Source: Octopus sinensis (lineage: Eukaryota). From it: a DNA stretch of 64,000 nt. The translations under genes and the position numbers were made by a program. The stretch covers positions 85,994,001 to 86,058,000 of the forward strand of contig NC_043001.1 of NCBI RefSeq assembly GCF_006345805.1, read 5' to 3'. The notes under the pieces are model-generated. The model saw only the letters and a list, made by a program, of their open reading frames with translations. It was not told where the DNA came from and did not search any database. Positions 39,952-52,974 of the stretch are shown here, one piece after another. The number at the start of each line of letters is the position of its first letter. The stretch's first letter is position 1.

Positions 39952-40012
39952 CCCATAAGTTAGAGATAATCGAACAGACCTATGATTTGATATACTCCAG
40001 TTGTGACCATCC

Positions 40013-40427
40013 CAGGCGCAGGAGTGGCTGTGTGGTAAGTAGCTTGCTAACCAACCACATGGTTCCGGGTTCAGTCCCACTGCGTGGCATCTTGGGCAAT
40101 TGTCTTCTGCTATAGCCCCAGGCCGACCAATGCCTTGTGAGTGGATTTGGTAGACGGAAACTGAAAGAAGCCTGTCGTATATATGTATATATATATATGA
40201 GTATGTGTCTGTGTGTCTGTGTTTGTCCCCCTATCATTGCTTGACAACCGATGCTGGTGTGTTTACGTTCCCGTCACTTAGCGGTTCGGCAAAAGAGACC
40301 GATAGAATAAGTACTGGGCTTAAAAAGAATAAGTCCCGGGGTCGATTTGCTCGACTAAAGGCGGTGCTCCAGCATGGCCGCAGTCGAATGACTGAAACAA
40401 GTAAAAGAGTAAAAGAGTAAAAGAGTA
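40013..40427 (+). mobile_element. Family B bipartite SINE, full length and well conserved
   Basis: Same arms as 31334-31775; the tail (gtaaaaga)n is repeated three times. Confidence 0.8.
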
Positions 40428-40989
40428 TCCCGTCTACTCATATGTTCAAAGAACCTAGGTTTGCCTTTCCCAAAGTGTCCTCCAATAAAACAATAGACTG
40501 TGATTTAAAGGAGATTTGGTTGTTATTTCTTGTATGTTGAGCAACAATGGAGAAGTTCCCTCTTTAATTGGTGGTGGCAGTTATTTTTCTGTTGCAGTAA
40601 TGACAGCATCAAAATCAAAGATAAAGAGAGATGGGAGGAAGGAAGGGAGAGAAGATGACAGGTAGACGGACTGATAGGCGGACAGACAGGTAGACGGGCA
40701 AATAGGCAGACGAACGGACAGACAGTGAGAAAAAGAAAGTAGTGAGAATCAGGAAAGAATGATAGACAGGTGGTTTCTGTGAGAGATGCTTAATGGGTGG
40801 ATCTGTCTGTATGTATGTGTGTGTGTGTGAGAGAGAGAGAGGGATAAAGAGAGAGAGAGCGGGAGAGAGAGAAGGGGAGAGAAAGAGAGCGGGGGAGAGA
40901 GAGAAAGAGAGAGAGCGGGAGAGTGAGGGAGTCGGGTATAGAGATAACCGATGAATGAAAGTGAAGCAGGGAACAAAGCGACAGAGAGG

Positions 40990-41054
<65 letters not shown>

Positions 41055-41102
41055 GGAGGGAGGGAGAGAGAGAGAGAGTTTGTGTGTGTGTGTGTGTGTG
41101 TG

Positions 41103-41137
<35 letters not shown>

Positions 41138-41265
41138 CGTGTGTGTGTGCGCGTGTGTTTTACGTGAAAGTGATAGGCAAGGAAGCAGGCAGCGATTTCT
41201 ATAGAGCAAATGAGGGTGGCAGTCGGAGCATGAGGGAACACGGAGAGATACAGGAAGCGAGAAGG

Positions 41266-41302
<37 letters not shown>

Positions 41303-41412
41303 CAGGGAGAAAGAGTAACTTTGAGCAAAAGATGAATATAGTAGCAGTGAGAGGTTGGTTGAGAGAAAGATTTAGAAATTAAGCTGTAGAAAGAGAGTGT
41401 GAGAGAGAGAGA

Positions 41413-41447
<35 letters not shown>

Positions 41448-41689
41448 TGAGAGTAAGAGCAGGTTGGAAGAGAGAATGTATGTGGGTGTGTATGTTTGTG
41501 AGTGTTATAAGGCTTCTCTTTACACAGCATCTCGCTGCAGTGTGAGAGAGAAGAGCCAATTGTTATGATGGGACCACATCAGTTTCGGATTGCCTTACTG
41601 TGGATTATCTATGAAATATGTATGATGTTTACATTTACTAAAGGTAAGCACATTGTATTGTATAGGCATATAAATACACGGACACACGG

Positions 41690-41990
41690 ACACACACATT
41701 CACTAAAGCAAGCACATTGTACTGTATAGGCATAAAAACACAGGCACACACATTCACTAATGTAAAGCACATTGTATTGTTTTGGCATATATTTTATATA
41801 CACGCGGACAAACACACGCACAAACACAAACATGCACACACACACTCACATACACGCACACACACATTCACTAATGTAAAGCACTTGTATTGTTTTGGCA
41901 TATATTTTATATACACGCGGACAAACACACGCACAAACACAAACATGCACACACACACTCACATACACGCACACACACATTCACATACAC
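41690..41990. repeat. ~120-bp tandem repeat (two near-identical units plus degenerate upstream units)
   Basis: cacattcactaatgtaaagcac..gtattgttttggcatatattttatatacacgcggacaaacacacgcacaaacacaaacatgcac at ~41750 and ~41864. Confidence 0.85.
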
Positions 41991-42559
41991 GCACACACAA
42001 TACAAACAGGCACTCAGACATGCACTAATACACGCATTCGCACACGCGCACACAGACACATGCAAGCGTACGCCCATAGACAGACATACGCACAAAAATG
42101 TTTAACACTTTTGCGTGAATCCATGCGCATACAAGCAAATCTATGTGTGTGTGTGTAATTGTGTATGTGTGTTTGTTTGTGTGCGTATGTGCGCGTGCGC
42201 GTGAGCGTGTGTGTGAGTGTGTGTGTATATGCAAAGCTAGTTAGTATGTATGAATGCATGCATACAAAAAAAGTAGAGCTAAAAAGTAGAGCTAAAATTA
42301 TGTAAATTAATGTAAGGATAATACAAGATATACACCTAAAACAAATAAGCTAGTTCGACTGTAGATATACATACATACTTTATATATATATATATATATA
42401 AATGCATTTTACATATATACATACATATATACATACATACACACACACACACACATGTATACACTACAGACACATGTATGCCTGCGCATCGATGTATGTG
42501 TCTGAGTACTTTTAAGTAGAATCTTTGCGTTTAGAATACATACATATATAATATATATC

Positions 42560-42604
<45 letters not shown>

Positions 42605-42645
42605 ATAATATATAATATAACATACAATATATAATATATTATATA

Positions 42646-42685
<40 letters not shown>

Positions 42686-42694
42686 ATATATATA

Positions 42695-42756
<62 letters not shown>

Positions 42757-42828
42757 TACTATATTATACATATATATACATATATATACTATATATATAT
42801 ATACATATTATAGATATAGATATATATA

Positions 42829-43000
42829 GGAGATGTACTTGCATAGTAAGTGATTTGATCTGAGATCGTGTGCTGAAACGAAAACAATTGCAGCGTGGAA
42901 GGTGTTTGTAAGCCATTTAAGAAACACACAAAACCGTTAGATTCACTTCAACATTTACGTTTAATTTGTCAAATCAAACCTTCCACGCTGCAATTGTTTT
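42829..43000. mobile_element. Short fold-back element, same family as 58751-59099
   Basis: gagatgtacttgcatag..gagatcgtgtgctg..aaaacaattgcagcgtggaagg..aagaaacacacaaaaccgttagattcacttcaacattt, ending in the short inverted arm ccttccacgctgcaattgtttt. Confidence 0.75.
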
Positions 43001-43237
43001 ATATATATATATATATATAAGCGCGTTTATATGCTGTAATTTTTACAACTTTTAATAAAGCCTGTCCTTGTATGAAACGATTGTACTAAAAACCTATCCA
43101 TTCTTGTTGCTTCATTCTCGCTTATAATCACCCCACATTACTGTATTGTTAAAACAGTATAGTTTTTTTTGGTGCATCTAAGTTAGGTACCATATTCAAG
43201 TAAATATATTTAAATTAACTTGAATCTTTATTGCTTT

Positions 43238-43272
<35 letters not shown>

Positions 43273-44033
43273 TAAAATCTGCGTGTCTATAATACACACA
43301 CACACACACACATAAACACAAGACAGGGGGACAGACTGATAGACAATGCTGAGCCTTACCTATGATAGTTTTCAAACAACTGCAAGCACGTGTGCACGGA
43401 CACGGATAAGCGTACACGCGTCATAGCATGTCTGCCTTGTATGTTTGTGCGTGTGTGTGTTGTCTGGCTGCGTGTCTGGTTGTGTGTGGTTATCTGTGTG
43501 GTTTGCATGCCTTTATGTATATAAGTATGTCTCTGTATGTGCGTGTGTGTGTGTGAGTGTACATGCAAACACACACATATGCACACATACACATACACAC
43601 ACACACACATGCACACAGAATCGTACACATAGATACAGGGTGAGTGAGAGATAGAAAGAAAGAGTTCATACAAAATTCTTGCCGTTTTGTCACACCCTTT
43701 CAACATATATAATTACATAGAAACATAATTTTTTTTTATACAAATGCGTGCACACACACTCATACACACACATACACACGCATGCATACAGAAATACACA
43801 TATATACACACACACTCGTTTATACTCATATGCGTGCATACATACAATTAGACTGTAGCCAACACACAAACACTGACTTTGTTTATGTTTTATCGAAGCA
43901 AAACAGCAGGTCTCTCTGCCTAGGCTCATGCCCGCTATGATTTATATAGCTTAGCAGCATTTCTCCTACGATATAGTCTTCTTTGAGGTTTTCTGTTCCT
44001 ATTTACATATATAAATCTGACTACTTTACTTTA

Positions 44034-44073
<40 letters not shown>

Positions 44074-44173
44074 CCCTTCATTTCTTTCTATGCATGCCTA
44101 CTACTCAGTGTGCCACTCTGTTTACATGTATATATAGATGTGTGCATACGTATATACTTACGCGTGTGTAAAT

Positions 44174-44206
<33 letters not shown>

Positions 44207-44273
44207 CACTCACATACACACAAACTTACTAATGTGTGTGCGAGTCACAGTTCGCAAGTGTATGTGACGCATG

Positions 44274-44322
<49 letters not shown>

Positions 44323-44352
44323 ACATGAATGCACACACACACACACACTTCA

Positions 44353-44384
<32 letters not shown>

Positions 44385-44824
44385 ATTATATAATGTTGCG
44401 TAAACATCTGTGTATCAATTGATATATAATATATATGTTTATGTGTGTGCTTGTTCATACGTGTTAAGCAGTGGTGCGTGTGTGTGTGTATATGATTGTG
44501 TATATGTGTATGTATTTGTGTGTGTATGTGTCTGTGTGTAAGTATGTGTGCGTGAGAGAATAAGTGACAGACAGACAGACAGACAGACAGACACCCAGAC
44601 AGAGTTTTGGGCCTGTTATAAACGTGGTTAAGAAGTTTATTTCACAGCCACGTGTTTTGCGGTTTCAGTCCTACACAATGGACTCTTGAACACGTGCGTT
44701 CCTTTAGTAATTGAATCATGAATTGAATAATTCTTTGAGAGTGAAATTTGGTGGACAGAAACTGCGAAATCCCATCTTGTGTCCATGCTATCGCGCGCGT
44801 GGAAACCTATACTCTTATTATACA

Positions 44825-45041
44825 CTTTTACTTGCTTCAGTCATTTGACTGTGACCATGCTGAAGCACCGCCTTTAGTCGAGCAAATCGCCCTCAGGACT
44901 TTATTCTTTGTAAACCTCGTACTTACTCTATCGGTATCTTTTGCCGAACCGCTAGGTTACGGGGACGTAAACACACCGGCATCGGTTGTCAAGCGACGTT
45001 GGGAGACAAACACAGACACACAAACATACACACACACACGC

Positions 45042-45084
<43 letters not shown>

Positions 45085-45290
45085 TATTATATATATAATA
45101 TATATATATATATATACATACATATATACGACGGGCTTCTTTCAGTTTCCGTTTACCAAACCACTCACAAGGCTTTGGTTGGCCCGAGGCTGTAGTAGAA
45201 GACACTTGCCCACGGTACCACAAAGTGAGATTGAACCCGGAACTATCTGGTTCGGAAGCAAGTTACTTACCACACAGCCACTCCTATGCC
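44825..45290 (-). mobile_element. Family B bipartite SINE with internal (TA)n
   Basis: Both arms colinear with 31334-31775. Confidence 0.78.
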
Positions 45291-45790
45291 TATATCTTTA
45301 ATATTTTACTTGTTTCAGACACTGGACTGTGTTGTACTCATTTTATCGATCACTTTGGAAGAATAGCTACGTTAAGCGTAAACAAACCAACACCGGTTGT
45401 CAAGCGATGATGGGGGATAAATACAAACACAAAGCGACACAAATTGTACACACACACACACACGCACACAAATACATACCTACACACACATATATATGTA
45501 AATATATATATCGTCAACGTATCATATATCCGAAAAAGAAACACACTCTAATAACAGACTAAGGGATAAAATATCCGTATATACTTTCATTATCCATTAC
45601 CCGTATTATCCCCGGACATTGGAGTGCAGACACACTATGCACGTAGAGGGCAGGTAACACCAGGATGAACAAGCGTTTATCAGGAACCAATCCAAATAAT
45701 CAAGAAATGGAGAAAATAATCAGAAATCGATGTGTTTGTTAATCTGAGGTTTTCTCTATTTTCTGATTTTTTTAATATATATATATATAT

Positions 45791-46012
45791 AAAACTTAGA
45801 TGACCAAAGATTGGTCCAGGCCATGTCTAAATTAATAGCACTACCTGATAGGATTATCTAAATCTTTTTTATGTCAAGTTTTGTGGTTTCATGGTCCATT
45901 CGAGTCCATTCGAGTAGGGAGTTCTTGTTTAGTGAATTGTATCCAGGTATAGGTGGCTTATCTGGTATTCCTTGGAGAAATTTGTCCAGATTCCGTTTAA
46001 AGGTAACAGGAT

Positions 46013-46014
<2 letters not shown>
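45791..46014 (-). mobile_element. CR1-clade LINE 3' end
   Basis: DPVTFKRNLDKFLQGIPDKPPIPGYNSLNKNSLLEWT; 3' UTR with gaccaatctttggtc stem-loop and atctaagtttt tail. Homologue of 18116-18380. Confidence 0.65.
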
Positions 46015-46053
<39 letters not shown>

Positions 46054-46269
46054 AAATAAGAAAATGGAGGAATAGATTCCTTTCACTCATCAACTTACAG
46101 ATAATACCAATTCATATAATTTATTAACTAATTAAACAGGAACATCGAAATCCAACAGAATAAAACAGAATAAAACAATATACATCAATAAGTAAGATAA
46201 TATATAATATACATGTACTTACATATAAGATAAAGGGTACGTACGTCGCTATATATATATATTTTTTTT

Positions 46270-46660
46270 TTTTACTTGTTTGTCATTTGACTGCGGCCAT
46301 GCTGGAGCACCGCCTTTAGTCGAGCAAATCGACCCCGGGACTTATTCTTTGTAAGCCCAGTACTTATTTTATCGGTCTCTTTTGCCGAACCGGGTACGTA
46401 AACACACCAGCATAGGTTGTGAAGCAATGCTAGAGGGACAAACTCAGGCACACAAACATATACACACACATACATATATATATATATACATATATACGAC
46501 AGGCTTCTTTCAGTTTCCGTCTACCAAATCCACTCACAAGGCATTGGTCGGCCCAAGGCTATAGAAGAAGACACTTGCCCAAGATGCCACGCGGTGGGAC
46601 TGAACCCGGAACCATGTGGTTGGTAGGAAAGCTACTTACCACACAGCCACTCCTGCGCCT
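46270..46660 (-). mobile_element. Family B bipartite SINE, full length
   Basis: Both arms present; shares diagnostic changes with 48660-48948. Confidence 0.78.
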
Positions 46661-46666
46661 ATATGT

Positions 46667-46837
46667 AAAAAAAATACAAACTGGGACAAGAACGCAAAAC
46701 ATTTAGAAGACGATACAAAAAACACAGACGGGACATTCGAAGCCTTCAGCCGAAATTGCGACGATGATCCGGTTCTTGACTGGAGATTGAAGGCTTCGAA
46801 TGTTCCGTTCGAGTTCTTGTCACAGTTTGTATTTTTT

Positions 46838-46838
<1 letters not shown>
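46667..46838. repeat. Two-stem fold-back structure with an asymmetric bulge
   Basis: Outer aaaaaatacaaactgggacaagaac / gttcttgtcacagtttgtatttttt; inner cgggacattcgaagccttca / tgaaggcttcgaatgttccg. Confidence 0.8.
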
Positions 46839-46873
<35 letters not shown>

Positions 46874-47256
46874 CACACACAAATATCACAAATTTAGATG
46901 CATATACACTACGAACTTCTCCACAGTTTCCATCAACTTAATTCCCTTACAAGACTTTGGTCGTGTAATAAGACTGAACAAGTGGTTTCAAAGCAAGCTT
47001 CCTAACCATATAGCCATACCTTCGTATTTAATTTTCCCGATATGAAGTTTGCATCTCTTCGTATCTGAACCGGCTTCTTTATCGTATTACAGACCTCGAT
47101 AACATAGTTGTCAGATTGCAATAAAAGAACCGAGGTTGACATGATCCTCAGAAATATCTTAAGGCCTTCCACTGATCTTATTCTAGTATAGCTAAACTGC
47201 CAATATCAACAATATAGCCGTGTGTGTGTGTGTGTGTGAAGGGATCCGGCCTCGCA

Positions 47257-47688
47257 GATCCTTTCGGTTTGAACGGCAGTTTTTTTAAATAATTTCCACG
47301 TAAATAAACACTTTTAAACTTCGTATGCTGGTAGAATGTGTTTATAAAACATCTTTTTCCCTTGGCTTTATTGAGAAAATTCAATAGCTTGTAAGATATT
47401 TGTTGTTGTTTTTCTTCAATTTCTGCAATTTCAACCAATCAATGACGTCTATTGAGGTAAAAAACATTCTGTGCCGTATGAATATGTCCCTCGTTTAAGA
47501 AACAGATTGGGTTTATTTACATTTGTGAAGAAAAAAAAGATACCCTTCCCCCACCCCTAACCCTAATCCTAACTAACCCTAACCCAAAAACAGTTTGAAA
47601 TGCAATAGATCGATACTAGGGTCATAATTATGGGTGACAATTTCATATGACACCGCTAGAAAAATCTGCCGTTCAAACCGAAAAGATC
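47257..47688. mobile_element. TIR element (~430 bp) with a ~9-bp flanking duplication and internal telomere-like repeats
   Basis: TIRs gatcctttcggtttgaacggcagtttttt / aaaaatctgccgttcaaaccgaaaagatc; cggcctcgc on both sides; ccctaaccctaatcctaactaaccctaaccc at ~47555-47585. Confidence 0.75.
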
Positions 47689-48286
47689 CGGCCTCGCTGT
47701 GCAGTATTGTATGTCTGTAACTTCGTTGTTTTAAGATTTTTGCTAGAAAATTTCTGCTGAAATGCACTGCTTTTGTGTCAAATATTTTTGACAATTATAA
47801 AGAATTCAGTAAAATAACTTTGTCACGATTAACCCGGTGTCTGGAACATAAATTAACTTGAAATTTTCATGGAATATTTTAATTTGGTTCATTTCAAGAC
47901 AAGAAGTTACATCGTAGGACCAACATCCGTCTCAGGGATTTTGGTATGAAAACGGTTAATACATTTAAGAACACTCATATTAATATCTTACTTTCTTTCC
48001 CCCTTCTCTCCCTCTCTTTCTTTCTCACTCTGTTGCGTCCGTTCTCTCTGTTTCTCTCTATTCGTGTATTTGTGTATGTGTGTGCATATGTGCGTGTGCG
48101 TGTGCATGTGTACATCCGACGTACGTAAACAAAACAACCCTCCATACGTACACACACATACATATATGTGCGGGTCTGTATTTGTGTCCCAAAATGTGCT
48201 TAGCTTATATTTACTGTAAAAAAACGTTTTGTGTGTGTCTGTGCGTGTGTGCGCGCGCGCGTGTGTGTGTGTTTGTGTGTGTGTGT

Positions 48287-48325
<39 letters not shown>

Positions 48326-48619
48326 TGTGTGTGTATACATTTATATGGATTTATACTTACACGTGTGCAGATGCAACAAGCAGTTAATGCCATCGAGTGA
48401 TAAGAGATTAGTGTTTCAAGCTTACGCAGAGAAGATAATTTCAATCTGCTTTTAATTTTTTTTTTTTTTTTTTATAATTTGTTTAATATCCTGTTAGTTC
48501 CGATGAGAAAGACGTGTAATGAAAGCCATGACTATCCCATGTTTTTTCTTCTTTGGTGAGTCAACAAGTAGCTCGTATGATTCGCTTTTTAACGGCAAAA
48601 TCAAATGGTACGTTCGTCG

Positions 48620-48659
<40 letters not shown>

Positions 48660-48663
<4 letters not shown>

Positions 48664-48948
48664 TCTTTTACTTGTTTCAGTCATTTGACGGCGACCATGC
48701 TGGAGCACCGCCTTTAGTCGAGCAAATCGACCCCGGGACTTATTCATTGTAAGCCCAGTACTTATTTTATCGGTCTCTTTTGCCGAACCGCTAAGTGACG
48801 GGGACGTAAACACACCAGCATAGGTTGTCAAGCAATGCTAGAGGGACAAACTCAGACACACAAACATATACACACACATACATATATATATATACATATA
48901 TACGACGGGCTTCTTTCAGTTTCCGTCTACCAAATCCACTCACAAGGT
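48660..48948 (-). mobile_element. Family B SINE lacking its tRNA head
   Basis: Right arm, microsatellite and part of the left arm, truncated after ccactcacaagg. Confidence 0.75.
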
Positions 48949-49010
48949 TGATATGCCACACAGGTACATACATTCTCAAGAGCACACCCATACGTATGTA
49001 AATACATCGT

Positions 49011-49080
<70 letters not shown>

Positions 49081-49083
49081 TAT

Positions 49084-49155
<72 letters not shown>

Positions 49156-49195
49156 CAGAGATGAGACATGTCTGCATGCATATGTATGTATTTGT

Positions 49196-49235
<40 letters not shown>

Positions 49236-49237
<2 letters not shown>

Positions 49238-49380
49238 CTTTACTGTCCACAAGGGGCTAAACATCGAGTGGACAAACAAGGACAGACAAAGGGATTAAGT
49301 CGATTACATCGACCACAGTGCAAAACTGGTACTTTATTTATCGACCCCGAAAGGATGAAAGGCAAAGTCGACCTCGGTGG
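49236..49380 (-). mobile_element. Family A SINE core/linker fragment
   Basis: tttctttactgtccacaaggggctaaac..gtcgattacatcgacc..tttatcgaccccgaaaggatgaaaggcaaagtcgacc. Confidence 0.65.
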
Positions 49381-49412
49381 AAAATATATATATATATACA
49401 TACATACATAAA

Positions 49413-49444
<32 letters not shown>

Positions 49445-49445
49445 C

Positions 49446-49483
<38 letters not shown>

Positions 49484-49727
49484 TGTGTGTGTGTTCAAGC
49501 ATATCAGTTCAAATATTTTTAGAACAGTTCAAATGTTTCGGGAGAACCATTCCGATTTGGCAAAGAGGACATTCTCATTTGAGGCAACATGTGTTTTTAC
49601 AAGTCAGTTATGTCCTAAACATATTTGAACTCATCCGAAAATTTGTTTAATTCCCATCACTGCTTCGTGTATCAATTACATAATGTATATATAAACATAT
49701 ATATCTATATATATATACATTCTTATA

Positions 49728-50974
49728 TCAGGCTGCGTAAAAAGTAAGCAACATTTTGAAACATGAAATTCATCACAATATGTTTCAACAATGCAGACAT
49801 TTTATTCATCAAAGTATGTACCATTACAATCAACACATTTTTGCCAACGAGTTACAAGTTTGCTTAGTCTGGTAACATAAAAGTCTGGAGTTTTGGAGCT
49901 GTTGAACTCTTTGAACGCATTTTCAGCATCGGTTTGATTTTTGAACTCCTCTCGCAGGAAGCCATCAAGGTACTTGAAAAAGTAGTAGTCGGTAGGAGAA
50001 AGGTCTCGGGAATAAGCTGGGTAGAGAAGAACTTCGCAGCCAAGTTCCCTCAACTTCTGGAGCGTCATTAGTAAAACGTTTGGTCAATCATTGTCATAGA
50101 GGTTGATTGGCCCTCTTCTGTTGAGCAGTCTGGGATGGAGGAGTAGCAGTTTTTCGTTCATTTTGGCAATTTCATGGCAGTATGTTTCTGCAGTAATGGT
50201 TTTTCCAAATTTTAAGAAGTTATAGTGGACGAGTTCAGTAGTACACCACCAAAAAGTCACCATAACCTTCTTTTTGAGGAGATCAGGTTTTAGGGAGGTT
50301 TTTGGCGCTTCATTTTGGTCCAGCCATTGCGAAGAACGTTTTTTATTATTGTACAGAATCCACTTTTCATCGCAAGTTACAATACGGTTGAGAAATGGAT
50401 CAGTCTGGTTACGGAATAGAAGCGACGAGCAAATTTCATATCTGTACTGTTTCTGATTTTCATTCAAATCTTGTGGTACTCATTTGTCGAACTTTTTTGG
50501 CTTTTCGATCGCATGCAAGTAGTTACAGGCAGCTTTCTAGTTAACTTGAAGTTCTTTTGCCAGTTCTCGAGTAGTTTTACGTGGATCTTTCTTAATGACG
50601 GTCTTTAATTGACCGACATCGATGACAGATGTGCGTCCACTACGCTCACGATCTTCAAGGCTCATGTCTCCCCTGCGAAATCGTTTAAATCATTTTCAAG
50701 CTGACAACTCACTGATCATTTCCCCACCAAACGTTTCGTGATATCGCGAGCAGTTTCAGCTGCTTTACGTCCTTTTTTGAAGTTGAATAGCAAAATTGCT
50801 CAATTATCACGCTTTGAGAGTTCCATTTCAGATGTTGTAACAACGGTGAAAAAAATATCAGTGTTAATTTATTGATACATTTGGGCAAGTCTATGTCTTT
50901 ATTATCAGACAATTGCAAAAATCCGGAAGAAATTCCTCATGCTTCAAAACGTTGCTAAATTTTACTCAACTAGA
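49728..50974 (-). mobile_element. Full-length decayed mariner (Hsmar1/cecropia-like DD34D)
   Basis: Degenerate TIRs tcaggctgcgtaaaaagtaagcaacattttg / caaaacgttgctaaattttactcaactaga with TA flanks. Frameshifted transposase: AILLFNFKKGRKAAETAR..RIVTCDEKWILYNN..KKVMVTFWW..LYDN..YSRDLSPTDYYFFK..RWQKCVDCNGTYFDE. Confidence 0.9.
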
Positions 50975-51182
50975 TACATAGACACATAAGATAGTATGTA
51001 AAATTATATATATATCTGTGTGTGTGTGTGTGTGTGTGTTTGTGTGTGTGTGTATGTGATCATACATACGTATATTTTTATATATGTATGTATATATATA
51101 TAGTTTTATTTAAATATATACATACATATACTCATATGTCCGTATATAAATACGTATGTGTATATATGTGTACACACATACC

Positions 51183-51254
<72 letters not shown>

Positions 51255-52152
51255 TATATATTCATATATATTCATATATATCGATACCCGTCTATCAAGT
51301 TCTCTTATAAGCCTTGGCTTTGGTCGTTCCATGCCTGTAGTGGATGACACTTGCCCAAGGTCCACTCAATGGGACTGAACACGAACCCATGTCTTGGGAA
51401 TCAAGACTAGTTTAAGCATTATGAGTGCATACTCTATTAGCACAACATCGACTTTCCGTGCAAGAAGGACCAGGAACCTCTTATAATCCGCGTTAATTTC
51501 CACTAACTTATAAGCACCTGCATTTCATTTAATTAATTAAAGTTAATATTTGTTAATTTAGTGTGAGTTGATCAAGGTGAGCACGCCTGCTTTGGGAAAA
51601 CCAATAATCTGAAATGACTTTAGGATCAAAGTTTAGGGAAATCGATGTTGTAGGTCTATAGTTTATTTGTTGCCTACTTGTGTGCAAATCTTGGATCTTA
51701 TAAATTCATTCCAAGCACCAGAATTTTGCCAGTTTTCTATTCTGATATAGCTTAGCATTTCGATGACGAAAATCCTATTCATATGCTCAAAAAAGTTAAT
51801 AATAAACATGGTAACGGCCTCTAAAATGATATCATTTTGTTATTTTCAAATTCTTCCCCAAAAAATACGGGTGCCTTGAAATTTTTTTTTAATTTCGACT
51901 TTTTGTTAAATTTGTGGTATATTGGTGAATATACATTCTGAGTTTCGAATGAATCTTTGCTAAGTTTGAATGTAGTGACGTGTGAATTTTTGCTAAAATT
52001 GTACTGCAGCGGTGAGCAAATATTTTCGAAGTTTGCAGTGTTAATGAGCGAAACTTTACTAACGTTGTTCTGTATTGGTACGCGAATCTTTGCAGAGTCT
52101 GAATGTAGTGACGAGTAATTCTTTGCTAAAGTTCTATTATATTGTATTATGT

Positions 52153-52650
52153 GGAGGCGCAATGGCCCAGTGGTTAGGGCAGCGGACTCGCGGTTTCGAT
52201 CCCCAGACTGGGTATTGCGAGTGTTTATTGAGCGAAAACACCTAAAGCTCCATGAGGCTCCGGCAATAAGTGGTGGTGAACCCTGCTGTACTCTTTCACC
52301 AAAACTTTCTCTCACTCTTTCTTCCTGTTTCTGCTGTACCTGTATTTCAAAGGGCCAGCCTTGTCACACTCTGTGTCATGCTGAATCTCCCCGAGAACTA
52401 CGTTAAGGGTACACGTGTCTGTGGAGTGCTCAGCCACTTGCACGTTAATAAGTGAGCTGCAACGTCACTGGCGCCAAGCTGTATCGGCCCTTGCCTTTCC
52501 CTCGGATAACATCGGTGGCATAGAGAGGGGAGGCTGGTATGCGTGGGCGACTACTTGCCTTCTATAAACAACTTTGCCCAGACTTGTGCCCCGGAGGGTA
52601 ACATTCTAGGTGCAGTCCCATGGTCATTCATGACCGAAAGGGATCACAAC
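52153..52650 (+). mobile_element. SINE with head C, module Y and a long tail, inserted in the degenerate part of the minisatellite
   Basis: Head as at 23092; module tacctgtatttcaaagggccag..ccacttgcacgttaat shared with 60487-60803. Confidence 0.7.
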
Positions 52651-52974
52651 AATATTATATGTTTTTAGACGTTTGCAGTGTGCTAGTGAGCGAGACTTTA
52701 CTGAAATTGTACTGTAATAATGAGCGAATCTTTCCCATAATTATTTTGTATTAATAAACGAAATTTTAAGGATATTATACTGTATTGATGAGCGAATCTG
52801 AGCAAAGTTTGTATTTAGTGATGAATGGTCATTTGTTAAAATTGTACTATATTGGTGAGCGAATATTTTCGAAGTTTGCAGTGTGTTAGTGAGCGAAAAT
52901 TTACTAATATTGTACTATACTGGTGAGCGAACTTTCGTTGTGCATTGGTGCGCGAATGTTTAATCAATTTGTAA

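Noticed and set aside
40615-41559. Longest ORF (314 aa, minus)
   Set aside because: Composed of AG, GT and GATA simple repeats; no domain.
47555-47585. Telomere or chromosome-fusion signature
   Set aside because: Only about four imperfect units, enclosed within a TIR element.
51440-51652. Possible MITE from the 16-bp inverted repeat acaacatcgactttcc / ggaaatcgatgttgt
   Set aside because: Short imperfect match, no TSD and no second copy.
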